Made by a program: the position numbers and the translations under genes | In this document: one piece after another, positions 37,493 through 47,755 of the stretch | Numbering within the stretch: position 1 is the first letter of the stretch | How the letters are laid out: every line of letters starts with the position of its first letter | From: a candidate division FCPU426 bacterium | Lineage (GTDB): Bacteria; Oederibacteriota; Muellerivitia; Muellerivitales; Muellerivitaceae | Reading direction: 5' to 3' | Length of the DNA: 64,000 bases | NCBI GenBank assembly: GCA_963847625.1 | Contig: CAWKAR010000039.1 | Coordinates: 96,001 to 160,000 of the forward strand | The notes under the pieces: generated by a model | Databases searched by the model: none | Told to the model about the DNA's origin: nothing | What the model saw: only the letters and a program-made list of their open reading frames with translations

Positions 37493-40477
37493 ATGTCAGC
37501 CCCAAAAGAAATCCTTGACCTTGTTGAAAGGTTCAACCGCAACCGGGAAGAATATCAATCCGGGAAATACAACGAAACGCAGTTAAGGCAAGAATTCCTT
37601 AACCCGTTTTTTAAGGTTTTAGGGTGGGACGTAACCAACGAGAAGGGCTATTCCGAGGCATACAAGGAAGTTATTCACGAGGACGCTATCAAGATAGGGG
37701 CGGCCACCAAAGCCCCGGATTATTGTTTCCGTATCGGTGGAACCCGAAAGTTTTTTGTTGAAGCCAAGAAACCATCAATAAATATCAAGGATGATTTTAA
37801 CCCCGCTTTTCAACTTCGCCGTTACGCTTGGTCCGCAAAACTCCCCTTAAGCATTTTGACCGACTTTGAAGAATTTGCTGTTTACGATTGCCGTATCAAA
37901 CCCCATAAAACCGATAAGCCAACTACAGGACGTAATCTCTATTTCACCTTCGATCAATATTCCGAAAAATGGGATGAAATCGCCAATATCTTTTCCCAAG
38001 ATGCCGTTCTTAAAGGTTCATTTGATAAGTTTGCCGATTCCGGCAAGGGCAAAAAAGGAACCACGACGGTTGATGAGGCTTTCCTGGAAGAAATTGAAAA
38101 ATGGCGAAAAGAATTAGCTAAAAATATAGCCGTTAGAAATTCAAAGCTTACCGTACAGGAACTTAATTATTCCGTTCAAAAAATCATAGACCGGATTATT
38201 TTCCTTCGTATTTGTGAAGACCGAAGAATTGAACAATATGGAAGGCTTTTATCCCTGATTAACGGGGTAAAGGTTTATGACCGCCTAACTCAAATTTTCC
38301 AAAGAGCGGATGAAAGATATAATTCCGGCCTTTTCCATTTCCAAAAGGAAAAAGACAGGCCGGAACAACCGGATGAACTGACTTTAGACCTTAAGATTAA
38401 TGACAAGGTTTTCCAAGACATGATTGGAGGGCTTTACTATCCCGAAAGCCCATATGAATTTTCAGCCCTTCCCGCTGATATTTTAGGGCAGGTTTACGAG
38501 CAATTTTTAGGGAAGGTTATCCGCCTAACAGAAGGCCACCAAGCCAAGGTCGAAGACAAACCGGAAGTTAAAAAGGCGGGCGGCGTTTTCTATACGCCCA
38601 CCTATATCGTTGAATACATCGTAAAAAATACCGTTGGAAAACTTTGCGAAAATAAAATCCCCAAACAAGTTTCAAAGCTTCGAATTTTAGATCCTGCTTG
38701 CGGTTCAGGTTCTTTTCTTATTGGGGCTTATCAATATCTTTTGGATTGGCATAGGGATTGGTATGTAAATGATAGCCCGCAAAATCACACAAAAGAACTT
38801 TATCAAGGTCCTGGTAGTGATTGGAAATTAACCACCGATACGAGAAAGAGAATCCTTTTAAACAATATTTACGGGGTTGATATTGACCCGCAAGCGGTAG
38901 AAGTAACAAAGCTTTCACTTCTCTTAAAGGTTTTGGAAGGTGAATCAGATCAAACTTTAAAGAAACAGTTGGAAATTTTCCATCAAAGGGCTTTACCGGA
39001 TTTGGGAAGCAATATTAAATGCGGAAATAGTTTAATTGGAGCGGATTATTTTTCCGGACAGCTTTTAGCAGATATGAACGAAATACGAAAAGTAAATCCC
39101 TTTAATTGGGAAAAAGAATTTCCTGTGGTTTTAGAAAATGGTGGTTTCGATGCCGTTATTGGGAATCCGCCATATGTGCGGCAAGAGGAACTGAAAGACA
39201 TCAAAAAATATTTGAGTTCTAATTACATAACTTATCAATCAACTGCGGATTTGTACGTCAACTTTGTGGAAAAAGGTCACAAGCTTTTAAAAACATCTGG
39301 CTTGTTTGGAATGATTATTTCTAATAAATGGCTTCGTGCTGCTTATGGTAAACCGCTTAGGGAATTTTTACAGGCAAAAGTTTCTTTATTGCAAATAGTA
39401 GATTTAGCAGGGCTCCCCGTATTCCAAAACGCTACAGTGCGAACAATTGTTTTGATAAGCGATAAAAAAGAAAAATCGGGTAATTTTTTATACCTTGCTC
39501 CCTTATCCGACGAAGAGTTTAAAAAAGTTCAATCGGGTGATGATTTACAGAAGTTTTTTGATAAAAAAACTATTCAATTATTGACTTCTAATCTCACCCC
39601 TGACAGTTGGTCGTTTTCGGGTAATCAATCGAATAAGTTGATTGAAAATATTAAAGGGAAGTCGGTTACGCTTGATAGATATTTAAATGGTAAAGCTTAT
39701 CGAGGAATTTTAACCGGATTTAATAAAGCTTTTGTCATTGATGTTAAAACGAAAAATAACTTGGTTTCGAAAAATAAAAACTCAAAAGAAATCATAAAAC
39801 CACTTTTAGGCGGGAGGGACATTCGAAGATATTTGGTTGAATATGACAACAAATTTTTGATTCTTACTCCTGTTGGAATCCTAATAGATAATTATCCTGC
39901 TGTGTTTGAGTATCTGAAACAGTTTAAAAATGAATTGGAAAACCGTTGGGACAAGGGAAATCATTGGTGGGAATTGAGACACTGTGATTACTATGAATTG
40001 TTTGAAAAACCCAAAATAATTTATCCCGATATTGCCACTTCGTGTCGATTTGCGCTTGATCTAGAAGGTTTCTTTAGTACAAATACGACTTATTTTATTC
40101 CAGGGAATGATTTATTTCTTTTGGGCTTGTTGAACTCAAAACTTGGTCAATATTATTTTTCAACGGTATGCGCTGGACTAGAAGGCAAAAATGAAACTTA
40201 CTTAAGATTTTTCGGTCAATATCTTGAAGGTTTTCCGGTTTTTAATCTTGAATCGCTGAAAAACGAAGAAAAAGAAATTCCTAAAAGCATTTCTGAATTT
40301 GTCAAAAAAATAAACGAGCTGAAGAAAAAGGGAAGTGTTTTAAAAGATTCGAATGACAAACAAATACTTCAACGTCAAATAAATCAAACCGATAAAGAAA
40401 TAGACGACTTGGTTTATAAGATTTATGGATTGTCCCCTCAAGAAATAAAAATCATCGAGTCTGAAACGAAGAATTGA
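37493..40477 (+). CDS. Type IIG restriction-modification enzyme (fused nuclease, N6-adenine methyltransferase, target recognition domain)
   Basis: PDY...VEAKK nuclease, LDPACGSGSFL, GNPPYV, TaqI-C-like FEKPKIIYPDI...LLGLLNS. Confidence 0.92.
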   Translation: MSAPKEILDLVERFNRNREEYQSGKYNETQLRQEFLNPFFKVLGWDVTNEKGYSEAYKEVIHEDAIKIGAATKAPDYCFRIGGTRKFFVEAKKPSINIKDDFNPAFQLRRYAWSAKLPLSILTDFEEFAVYDCRIKPHKTDKPTTGRNLYFTFDQYSEKWDEIANIFSQDAVLKGSFDKFADSGKGKKGTTTVDEAFLEEIEKWRKELAKNIAVRNSKLTVQELNYSVQKIIDRIIFLRICEDRRIEQYGRLLSLINGVKVYDRLTQIFQRADERYNSGLFHFQKEKDRPEQPDELTLDLKINDKVFQDMIGGLYYPESPYEFSALPADILGQVYEQFLGKVIRLTEGHQAKVEDKPEVKKAGGVFYTPTYIVEYIVKNTVGKLCENKIPKQVSKLRILDPACGSGSFLIGAYQYLLDWHRDWYVNDSPQNHTKELYQGPGSDWKLTTDTRKRILLNNIYGVDIDPQAVEVTKLSLLLKVLEGESDQTLKKQLEIFHQRALPDLGSNIKCGNSLIGADYFSGQLLADMNEIRKVNPFNWEKEFPVVLENGGFDAVIGNPPYVRQEELKDIKKYLSSNYITYQSTADLYVNFVEKGHKLLKTSGLFGMIISNKWLRAAYGKPLREFLQAKVSLLQIVDLAGLPVFQNATVRTIVLISDKKEKSGNFLYLAPLSDEEFKKVQSGDDLQKFFDKKTIQLLTSNLTPDSWSFSGNQSNKLIENIKGKSVTLDRYLNGKAYRGILTGFNKAFVIDVKTKNNLVSKNKNSKEIIKPLLGGRDIRRYLVEYDNKFLILTPVGILIDNYPAVFEYLKQFKNELENRWDKGNHWWELRHCDYYELFEKPKIIYPDIATSCRFALDLEGFFSTNTTYFIPGNDLFLLGLLNSKLGQYYFSTVCAGLEGKNETYLRFFGQYLEGFPVFNLESLKNEEKEIPKSISEFVKKINELKKKGSVLKDSNDKQILQRQINQTDKEIDDLVYKIYGLSPQEIKIIESETKN

Positions 40478-40559
40478 AAATGGGAATTCCACTTGTATAT
40501 TAAAAACTATTTGTGTTACTTGATCTCAAACCAAGACCTGGAAAACAGAGGTTGAAAAA

Positions 40560-41036
40560 ATGATTTTGGATGTTATTGGAAATTGGTATAGCCATCATGA
40601 AGCGTTTTGCCATTTTTCGGAATTTTCGGTAGTGGTTTTGGTGGCTGTTAGTTCTTTTTTCCGTTGGGGTTTGGATTGGACAATAAAAGTATTTAAAAAA
40701 CAGAAATTAGAAATAAATGCGTCGATAGCGACTTTCCATGACAACGGGCTCATGACGGGTTATTTTATGGAATTTGAAATAATAAACATGGATAAAAATC
40801 CAATCCTTTTAAAAAGGATTGACGTTGTTTTTAAAAGTAATCGAAGTAATTTTGAATTAGAAATGAACCATCTCCTATTGAAACATCTAGAAATAGCTAG
40901 ACCTTCTACAATCTCCTTTAATCATCTAGATCGCATTGATAATGTATGGGTTTATACGAATTCTAAAAAGTTTGTTATGAATAAAAAAAATATTAAAAGG
41001 CTAAATAATCAATTAGACAAAAAAACAAAGAAATGA
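40560..41036 (+). CDS. hypothetical protein with N-terminal hydrophobic segment
   Basis: 158-aa AT-rich ORF with GAGG RBS. Confidence 0.65.
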   Translation: MILDVIGNWYSHHEAFCHFSEFSVVVLVAVSSFFRWGLDWTIKVFKKQKLEINASIATFHDNGLMTGYFMEFEIINMDKNPILLKRIDVVFKSNRSNFELEMNHLLLKHLEIARPSTISFNHLDRIDNVWVYTNSKKFVMNKKNIKRLNNQLDKKTKK

Positions 41037-41245
41037 ATTGATTTTTGGAATTGGGTACAGTAGCCCTAGATGGAAAAATTTTACTGTTTCAAGAATAAAT
41101 GTTTTATTTCTAGAAATGGATTGAGTAGTTGATTTCTTAATTTATCCATGAAGGCCGTAAAAATCAATAAAATAGAGATTTAATAGAAAAGAGAAAAATT
41201 TAATAATGGCAAGAGATTAAACAAATATGAATTATTTAATTAAAA

Positions 41246-41518
41246 ATGTTTGAAGAACACCCTCATTTTTCTACCCCTTCCGCAGGAGAATGTATATGGC
41301 GTTTTATGAGTTACACCAAGTTTTTAGCGTGCCTTAATAAAAATTCATTATTTTTTTCAAGATATGACAAGTTGGGTGATCCATTTGAAGGCGCTTATGC
41401 GCAAAAACAAGAAGAATTACGCCAATTTTATGAAGCTCAACGATTATCTGAAGCTCAACGAGGCAATTTAATTGTTACACCTGGAACGACTAAAGAAATT
41501 ATAAAAAAGATGAATTAG
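41246..41518 (+). pseudogene. truncated DUF2971-like protein
   Basis: IWRFMSYTKF...LFFSRYDKLGDPFEG N-terminus; ORF ends exactly at the IS30 boundary. Confidence 0.65.
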
Positions 41519-42571
41519 CCGAATTCACGGAGTAAGTGCAACACTTCGCCGGAAGACTTCCGCCGGAGTTTTAAAGCCCAAACATTTCCTGGGCCTGTTA
41601 TTGAGCCATCTTTCTATGGTCCTGAATTCTTTGAAGGACACTTTAGCAAGATCAGTCTTTTTAGGCAAATGGCGGCGGACAAGACCGATAGTATTTTCCA
41701 CCGTACCTTTTTCCCAACTGTGGAAAGGGGCGCAGAAAAAGGATTTTGTACCAAGCACGTGGTTGGTTTCCAAGTGGTTGGTGTTTTCGGTTCCGTTGTC
41801 ATAGGTCAGACTCAGGCGGGCGTCTTGAGGGAAGCGGCATAAAGCGCGGTTGAGGCTATGACTCATTTGGCGAGCGGTCTTTCGTTTGAGCTTTCCCAAC
41901 TTGGAAAAACGGCTTTGACGCTCGACGAGAGCCCGCATAGCAACTTTACTCTGACGAGAGACCATGGTGTCGGTTTCCCAATGGCCGAATTGCTTGCGTT
42001 GATTGGCGATCTCGGAGCGCTTATCGATGGAAACACGGCCTGGGATATGGTTTTTGGCGTGCTTACGGCTATGGCCAAATGAGAATCGTCGCCGGTGGTG
42101 TCGAACTAGGCAAGGAATCAGCTCAGTGGCTTCAGCATAAACCCACTGATAGATAGCTTCAGGACCAATGGTTTGCTTAGGCCGTAGGTGACCTAATCGA
42201 CCTGAAATGAGTTCTGGAGACCAGCCTCGTTTCAATTGACGACGGACGTAGGCACGAATTCGTTTTGTTTTCAGGCGTAAACGGCGTGCTCGTTGTTGGT
42301 TGCGGTCAACATACCGTTGATGGGCTCGATGAGAAAGATAATAACCAGAACGGATAGGGGGAGCATTGCGCTTGAGTTCCCTGGAGAGGGTGGAAGGAGA
42401 CCTCTTCAAGGCGCGTGAAATTGCTCGAAGGCTAAGACCCTTTCCTTTCAAGACGGATAAATGATCTCTTTCTTCAACGCTTAAATGCTTGTATTTCTTT
42501 TTCATAGCCGCATATCCTATTCATGCGGCCTTCTTCAGACACTAAGTGTTGCACTTACTTATGGAACTCGG
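41519..42571 (-). mobile_element. IS30-family insertion sequence
   Basis: 28-bp imperfect terminal inverted repeats (41519-41546, 42544-42571) sharing AGTAAGTGCAACACTT. Confidence 0.93.
41525..42505 (-). CDS. IS30-family transposase
   Basis: N-terminal HTH, WSPELI, GHWETDT, TYDNGTE, WEKGTVENTIGLVR, NNRPRKCLGFKTP. Confidence 0.96.
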   Translation of the reverse strand: MKKKYKHLSVEERDHLSVLKGKGLSLRAISRALKRSPSTLSRELKRNAPPIRSGYYLSHRAHQRYVDRNQQRARRLRLKTKRIRAYVRRQLKRGWSPELISGRLGHLRPKQTIGPEAIYQWVYAEATELIPCLVRHHRRRFSFGHSRKHAKNHIPGRVSIDKRSEIANQRKQFGHWETDTMVSRQSKVAMRALVERQSRFSKLGKLKRKTARQMSHSLNRALCRFPQDARLSLTYDNGTENTNHLETNHVLGTKSFFCAPFHSWEKGTVENTIGLVRRHLPKKTDLAKVSFKEFRTIERWLNNRPRKCLGFKTPAEVFRRSVALTP

Positions 42572-42634
42572 GGTTCTTATAAAGATAATCGGCACAATGA
42601 CAGTTATTAAATTTGTGCTTAAAGGTGGGGTGAC

Positions 42635-45600
42635 ATGACACGAACGAACAAGGTGTTAAATCTTTGCGTGGGAATTTTACTGGCCTGTTCTGTATTAGGA
42701 ACGGCTTCGGCCCATACCCATGGCGTGGTCACGGCGGTGGAGGTGGCTGAGGCGCCGGTTATTGACGCGAGCCTGACCGGATGGAAGGCCCCCTTCGTCC
42801 ATGTCTCGTCCCAAACGCCCGCATGGTTCATGGGCAAATCCCGGATTTACGGAAAAGCCGCCAAGTCCCCGGAGGACATCGAAGCCTGGTATTCGCTGGC
42901 TTGGAAAGGCGACAAGTTATTCTTTGCGGCCATCGTTTTGGACGATGTCATCGTCAAGAACACCAGTCCGGACCTGGGCCAGGCCTGGAACTCGGACTCC
43001 GTGGAGGTTTATTTTTCCTTCAACCATGACTCCCCCTTCTTCACCGAGAGCCGCACGCCCCCCTACCGGGCGGGCGATTTCCAATTGCGCTTCATCCCTT
43101 TCGAGGGGCAGGACGGCGTTTATGGCGGGGCCTACCTGGGGAACAACGCGTCGGGCATCGATAACGACAAGTTCCAGGCGGGGGTGAAATCCGTTTCCAA
43201 ACCCTACACCTTCGGGAAGCGATCCGGCTACGTGATCGAGGCGTCCATCGACACGGCGGCCCTGGGTTTTTCGAACCTCCTTCAAGCGGGAAAGGTCCTG
43301 GGATTCGAGTTCGCGGTCAATGACGCCGATTCGAAAGAGGGGCGGGACCGGATGCTCACCTGGTCCTCCTTTGAAAACCGCGCGTACAAGGACCCCTCCT
43401 GCTTCGGGGACCTGGTGCTGGCCGGCCCGACCGGGGCCTTTGTCCCGGCCGCGGGCAGTGAATCCACCGACAAGGAAGGCTATTATCTGGTTCCGGGGGA
43501 TGTTGTTTCCCAAACCCCCGAAGAAGCCCTGCAAAACCCGCCTGGGGACGAGTCGCCGGGACGGGTGGTTTACACCAACAATCCCCCCGCGGGAGCCAAG
43601 AATATTTCCGGAATGTTCGACCCAAGCCCCTTCCGGCCGATCAGCGGGCCCGAGATCCGTTACTGCCAGGTGGGTTACCTGCCTAACGGAAAAAAGACGG
43701 CTTACCTGGAGGTGCCTTGCGGGGACAAGCCCCCGGCCTGGACTTTCTCCCTTTCCCAAGGCGGCAAGGAGGTTTACTCGGGACCCCTCCGGAAGTGGGG
43801 AACCCTCTGGCGCAGGGATTATTACCTTTTGTATTTCAACGATTTCACTGGAACGGGCAAGGGTTTCACCCTGAGCGTGGGCGATGTCAAAACGGACTCG
43901 TTCCCCATCACGACCGGCGTTTACGACGCCACGGTGACGATGGCCCTCAATGGCGTGTTCGTGGCGGAAAAGTGCGGGATGGACGCGGCGACTTTCCACG
44001 GACCCTGCCACCTGGACGACGCGGTCCAGGCCGGGCCGGATGATGTCCGGTCGGGCCAGACGATCCTGCAGTTCCCGCCGGTCTTCAAGCCCGGCACCCG
44101 GGTGGACGTCTCGGGCGGCTGGCACGACGCGGGCGATTTCGGGAAATACATGGGTAACGCCCCGCTGGGCCTGGCGGGATTCCTTTTGGTGGAGGACCAG
44201 TTCCATTCGCGGATGGAGCCGGACCTGGACGGGAAGGACGCCATGGTGCACGAGGCCGAGTACACCGCGGATTGGTGCATGAAGATGCAGGACAAGGACG
44301 GGGGCGTCTTCGAGAGGGTCTGGAACGGTTTCGATTACAAGGGCACGGTGGAGTCGGAGAAGGACAGGCTCCTGGACTCGGACAAGTGGGCCAACGTGAC
44401 GGCCCGGTGGGCGGCGGCGGCCGCCCTGGGGGCACAGGTTTTGAAAGGCCCGGACCCGGACTACGCGTCCAAACTCGCGGAGAGCGCCCAGAAGGCCTGG
44501 GAGTACGTCGAGAAATGCCCCGCCCAGCCGGAACAGCCCTGGGCCTTCGGGGTTTATCCCGGCAACGATTCCTGCTTCTTTTGGGCGGCGGTGGAGCTCT
44601 ACCGCCTGACCCTGGTGGACAAGTACCTCCAGGAGGCCCTCAAGCGCCTGCCCGCCATGCTGCAGATGAAGCCCGCTTTTATGGCTTGGAGCGGGAACAA
44701 CACCATCGCCCTGATCCGGTTTTACCCGGTGATGCCCGACGGCCCGGACAAGGACAGCGTCCGGGACTGGCTGGTGAACCGGATGAAACAATTGGACAAG
44801 GGAGAGACGAAAACCCCCTTCGGCGTGGATTACTTCTCGCAGACCGGCTGGGGCGACAGCGGCGACCTGGTATCCAGGGCCATGGAGCGCTACCTCATCA
44901 AGAAGATCCTGCCCGATAGCGGGGGCGCGGACTCGGTGGAGTGCTACCGGCAATGGATCTACGGGGCCAACCCCTCGGGCTATTGTTTCGTGGTGGGGCG
45001 GGGTTCCAAGCAGGTCCAACACCAGGCCACGGGCCTGAAGAAGAACATGCCTGGGGCCATGGTGCCTGGCATCATCGACGACGGCGCGGGACTGCCTTTC
45101 TACATCGACCTGGATTCATCCTATCTCACCAACGAGGCCGGGCCGGACCCCTCGGTGGTTTTCCTTTCCTATATGGACACCCCCTGGAACAAGGCCCTGA
45201 CCCTCCAGGACGCGGCCGAGATGAAAAAAGAAGCCGCCCTGGCCCTGGCCAAGCCGTCCCGTCCCGACACTTCGCTGATAGCTGATTTCAGCAACGTTTC
45301 GGCTGATTCCATCTGGTCCGGCGGCGGCGGCGCCGGAAAGCTGGACAAGTCCATCGTGGAGACCGCCCCCGGCGGGGGCAAGGCTTTCCGCGGGGACTTC
45401 ACCGTCGGGGAATGGTGCACCTCGGTCGTGCCGGCGGGTGGGGACCTGTCCTCCTTCACCGGGATGACTTTCCAGCTCCGGGGCAACGGCTGCCGCCTGC
45501 GGGTGGCCATCGACGACGCCAACGCCGAGGACTGGGGCACGGAAGTGACCGCCACTACCGATTGGAAGCCCGTCACCATCTATTTCACCGACCTGGTCCA

Positions 45601-46183
45601 GCCGCCTTGGACGGTCGCGAAGGATAAATTGCCCCTCGACTTGAAGGGCACCCAGAAATTCAAGGTCCAGCCGCTCAGCCCGAACGAGGGGTGGTTTGAG
45701 GTCTCCAATGTCCGCAAGGTTTCTATGCCCCCCCCGGCGGGAAAGGCCGCGGGGTTGCTGAAATTGTCCGCGGGGGACTCCCTTTGGAGCACCGGGGACG
45801 GCGGGTTCAAGCTGGATAAGTCGATCGACTCGAACCAGCTTCTCCACGTCAATTTCACCCTGGGCAAGTGGTGCATGACGGGAGCCTCGGGGAACTACGC
45901 GTCGGCGCATTTGCAGGGCTTCAAGTTCAAGGCCAAGGGGGCGGGGGTGAACCTGAGGGTCGCGGTGCAAGACTACAAGAGCCACGACTTCGGGAAATCC
46001 ATCACCCTCACGGGCAACCTGGCGGAGTACACGGTGCTTTTCACCGAGTTGCAACGGGCTTCCTGGGAGACCGCGGACAAGGACGCCGCCCTGGATACCA
46101 CGGCCCTGACCCAATTCAAGATCCAGCCCATGGCTCCTGCCGAAGGGGAGTTTTGGATTTCGGACTTCGAGTGGGTGAAGTAA
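42635..46183 (+). CDS. secreted multidomain glycoside hydrolase: CBM9-like, Ig-like/GH9, two CBM11/CIA30-like modules
   Basis: Signal peptide; WNSDSVEVY..GFEFAVNDAD; QVGYLP; DVSGGWHDAGDFGKY; YLTNE; duplicated C-terminal module. Confidence 0.88.
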   Translation: MTRTNKVLNLCVGILLACSVLGTASAHTHGVVTAVEVAEAPVIDASLTGWKAPFVHVSSQTPAWFMGKSRIYGKAAKSPEDIEAWYSLAWKGDKLFFAAIVLDDVIVKNTSPDLGQAWNSDSVEVYFSFNHDSPFFTESRTPPYRAGDFQLRFIPFEGQDGVYGGAYLGNNASGIDNDKFQAGVKSVSKPYTFGKRSGYVIEASIDTAALGFSNLLQAGKVLGFEFAVNDADSKEGRDRMLTWSSFENRAYKDPSCFGDLVLAGPTGAFVPAAGSESTDKEGYYLVPGDVVSQTPEEALQNPPGDESPGRVVYTNNPPAGAKNISGMFDPSPFRPISGPEIRYCQVGYLPNGKKTAYLEVPCGDKPPAWTFSLSQGGKEVYSGPLRKWGTLWRRDYYLLYFNDFTGTGKGFTLSVGDVKTDSFPITTGVYDATVTMALNGVFVAEKCGMDAATFHGPCHLDDAVQAGPDDVRSGQTILQFPPVFKPGTRVDVSGGWHDAGDFGKYMGNAPLGLAGFLLVEDQFHSRMEPDLDGKDAMVHEAEYTADWCMKMQDKDGGVFERVWNGFDYKGTVESEKDRLLDSDKWANVTARWAAAAALGAQVLKGPDPDYASKLAESAQKAWEYVEKCPAQPEQPWAFGVYPGNDSCFFWAAVELYRLTLVDKYLQEALKRLPAMLQMKPAFMAWSGNNTIALIRFYPVMPDGPDKDSVRDWLVNRMKQLDKGETKTPFGVDYFSQTGWGDSGDLVSRAMERYLIKKILPDSGGADSVECYRQWIYGANPSGYCFVVGRGSKQVQHQATGLKKNMPGAMVPGIIDDGAGLPFYIDLDSSYLTNEAGPDPSVVFLSYMDTPWNKALTLQDAAEMKKEAALALAKPSRPDTSLIADFSNVSADSIWSGGGGAGKLDKSIVETAPGGGKAFRGDFTVGEWCTSVVPAGGDLSSFTGMTFQLRGNGCRLRVAIDDANAEDWGTEVTATTDWKPVTIYFTDLVQPPWTVAKDKLPLDLKGTQKFKVQPLSPNEGWFEVSNVRKVSMPPPAGKAAGLLKLSAGDSLWSTGDGGFKLDKSIDSNQLLHVNFTLGKWCMTGASGNYASAHLQGFKFKAKGAGVNLRVAVQDYKSHDFGKSITLTGNLAEYTVLFTELQRASWETADKDAALDTTALTQFKIQPMAPAEGEFWISDFEWVK

Positions 46184-46211
46184 CATCGAATAAAATATTT
46201 TATGTTGTCAT

Positions 46212-46293
46212 TGTGCCGATTGTCTTCATAGACCGTATTTGGAAATCGGTACCATACCGACCTCTTTAAATGCTTTATGGAAGGTCGGCATGC
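46212..46293. repeat. two-hairpin intergenic repeat, copy 1
   Basis: Homologous to 49353-49432 with compensatory stem changes. Confidence 0.75.
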
Positions 46294-46442
46294 GACAAAT
46301 GACCGCCGAATAGGCGGTCGATAATGAGAGGCTTGAAGTAGTTGACCTGAAATTCAGGCCAACCATACTTGGCCCAAAGGGCCAATGTACAACCCAAGTT
46401 TAAATAAGCTTTTTAAGAGATTTAATTCGAACGACGAACTTA

Positions 46443-46492
46443 GGTCGCCACGTCGGCAACCGCCCCGATTGGGGCGCCTCCTCGCGATGACA
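46443..46492. repeat. REP/RPE-like palindromic element half
   Basis: GCCACGTCG...CTCCTCGCGATGACA with internal hairpin CGCCCC-gatt-GGGGCG. Confidence 0.5.
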
Positions 46493-46519
46493 GCTTTATT
46501 TCTGTTCTTGGGAGTTATT

Positions 46520-47689
46520 TTGAAAAAATCCATGGAACTCATTTACGCCCGGGCCTTCCAGGGCGCCCCGGAGGTATTTTCCTGGGCGCCGGGGCGGGTG
46601 AACCTCATCGGGGAACACACCGACTATAACGACGGTTTCGTCCTGCCCATGGCGGTGGATAAGGGGGTCGCCCTCCTGGGAGCGGCGCGGCAGGACCGGA
46701 ACGTCCGCCTGCATTCCGCCGATTACAACCACGTGGTGGAATTTTCACTCGACCATTTGGCAACCGACCCGCAGAACCCCTGGGTCAACTATTTCAAGGG
46801 CGTGGCGGACCAGTTCCAGAAGAAGGGCCTGAAACTCAAGGGCTGCCAGGCGGTCCTGAAGGGAGACCTCCCCCAGGGGGCGGGCTTGAGCTCCTCGGCC
46901 GCCTTGGAAATCGCCTCCGCGGTGTTTTTACAAAAGACCTCCGGTTTCGAACTGCCGGACCTGGACCTGGTCAAGGCCGCCCAGTCGGCGGAAAACCAGT
47001 TCGTCGAGGTCAACTGCGGCATCATGGACCAGTACGCTTCCTACCTGTCCAAGGCGGGACATGCGCTGTTGATCGACTGCAAGAGCCTGAAATGCGGGTG
47101 GGTTCCCATGAAAGGGCCGGTGAAGGTGGTGGTTTGCGACACTCGGGTCAAGCGCACCCTGGCCAACTCGGCCTATAACGACCGGAGGAAGGAATGCGAA
47201 AGGGGATTGCGCGCGCTGAACGCCAGGCTCCCGGCGGTGCAATCCCTGAGGCACCTTACCCTGGAGGACCTGAAGAAACACCAGGGCCTCCTGGACCCGG
47301 TGGCCCTCAAGCGCGTCCGGCACGTGGTGACGGAGAACCAAAGGGTCCTGGACGCGGTGGCCGCACTGGAGAAAGGGGATTACCAGGCCATGGGCCGGCT
47401 GATGGTCGAGTCGCACGAATCCCTCAAGAACGATTACGAGGTGAGCTGCCGGGAACTGGATGTGATGGTGCGGATCGCCAGGAACAACCCGCAGGTGTAC
47501 GGGGGCCGCATGACCGGGGCCGGGTTCGGGGGCTGCACCGTGAACCTGGTGCGGGAGGAAGCCGTGGCGGGGTTCCGCCGCGAGATCCTGGACGGCTACA
47601 AGCGGGAAACGGGCCGGGACGCGGAAGTCTACGTGTTCACTCCCGCCGACGGGGCGAAAAACGCGGTGGAAGAACGCAAGGAAGTTTGA
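46520..47689 (+). CDS. galK: galactokinase
   Basis: APGRVNLIGEHTDYNDG, PQGAGLSSSAA, CGIMDQ, GGRMTGAGFGG. Confidence 0.96.
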   Translation: MKKSMELIYARAFQGAPEVFSWAPGRVNLIGEHTDYNDGFVLPMAVDKGVALLGAARQDRNVRLHSADYNHVVEFSLDHLATDPQNPWVNYFKGVADQFQKKGLKLKGCQAVLKGDLPQGAGLSSSAALEIASAVFLQKTSGFELPDLDLVKAAQSAENQFVEVNCGIMDQYASYLSKAGHALLIDCKSLKCGWVPMKGPVKVVVCDTRVKRTLANSAYNDRRKECERGLRALNARLPAVQSLRHLTLEDLKKHQGLLDPVALKRVRHVVTENQRVLDAVAALEKGDYQAMGRLMVESHESLKNDYEVSCRELDVMVRIARNNPQVYGGRMTGAGFGGCTVNLVREEAVAGFRREILDGYKRETGRDAEVYVFTPADGAKNAVEERKEV

Positions 47690-47755
47690 GGGAATGTTAG
47701 GTAGGTGTTCTAAACATAGTCTACTTGGCTATAATGGGACAAAATATGACCAGTT

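Larger units (their letters stand above)
32098..42571. mobile_element. island 2: serine-recombinase element with defence cargo, distal end replaced by IS30
   Basis: Large serine recombinase abuts the tRNA fragment; AT-rich until the IS30; no third att copy seen. Confidence 0.75.

Noticed and set aside
37493..40477. BREX PglX or DISARM methylase
   Set aside because: No brxC, pglZ or drm genes nearby; the fused N-terminal nuclease fits a stand-alone Type IIG enzyme
46385..46519. N-terminal extension of GalK
   Set aside because: It is a translated palindromic repeat; a GGAG RBS supports a start at 46520 or 46532
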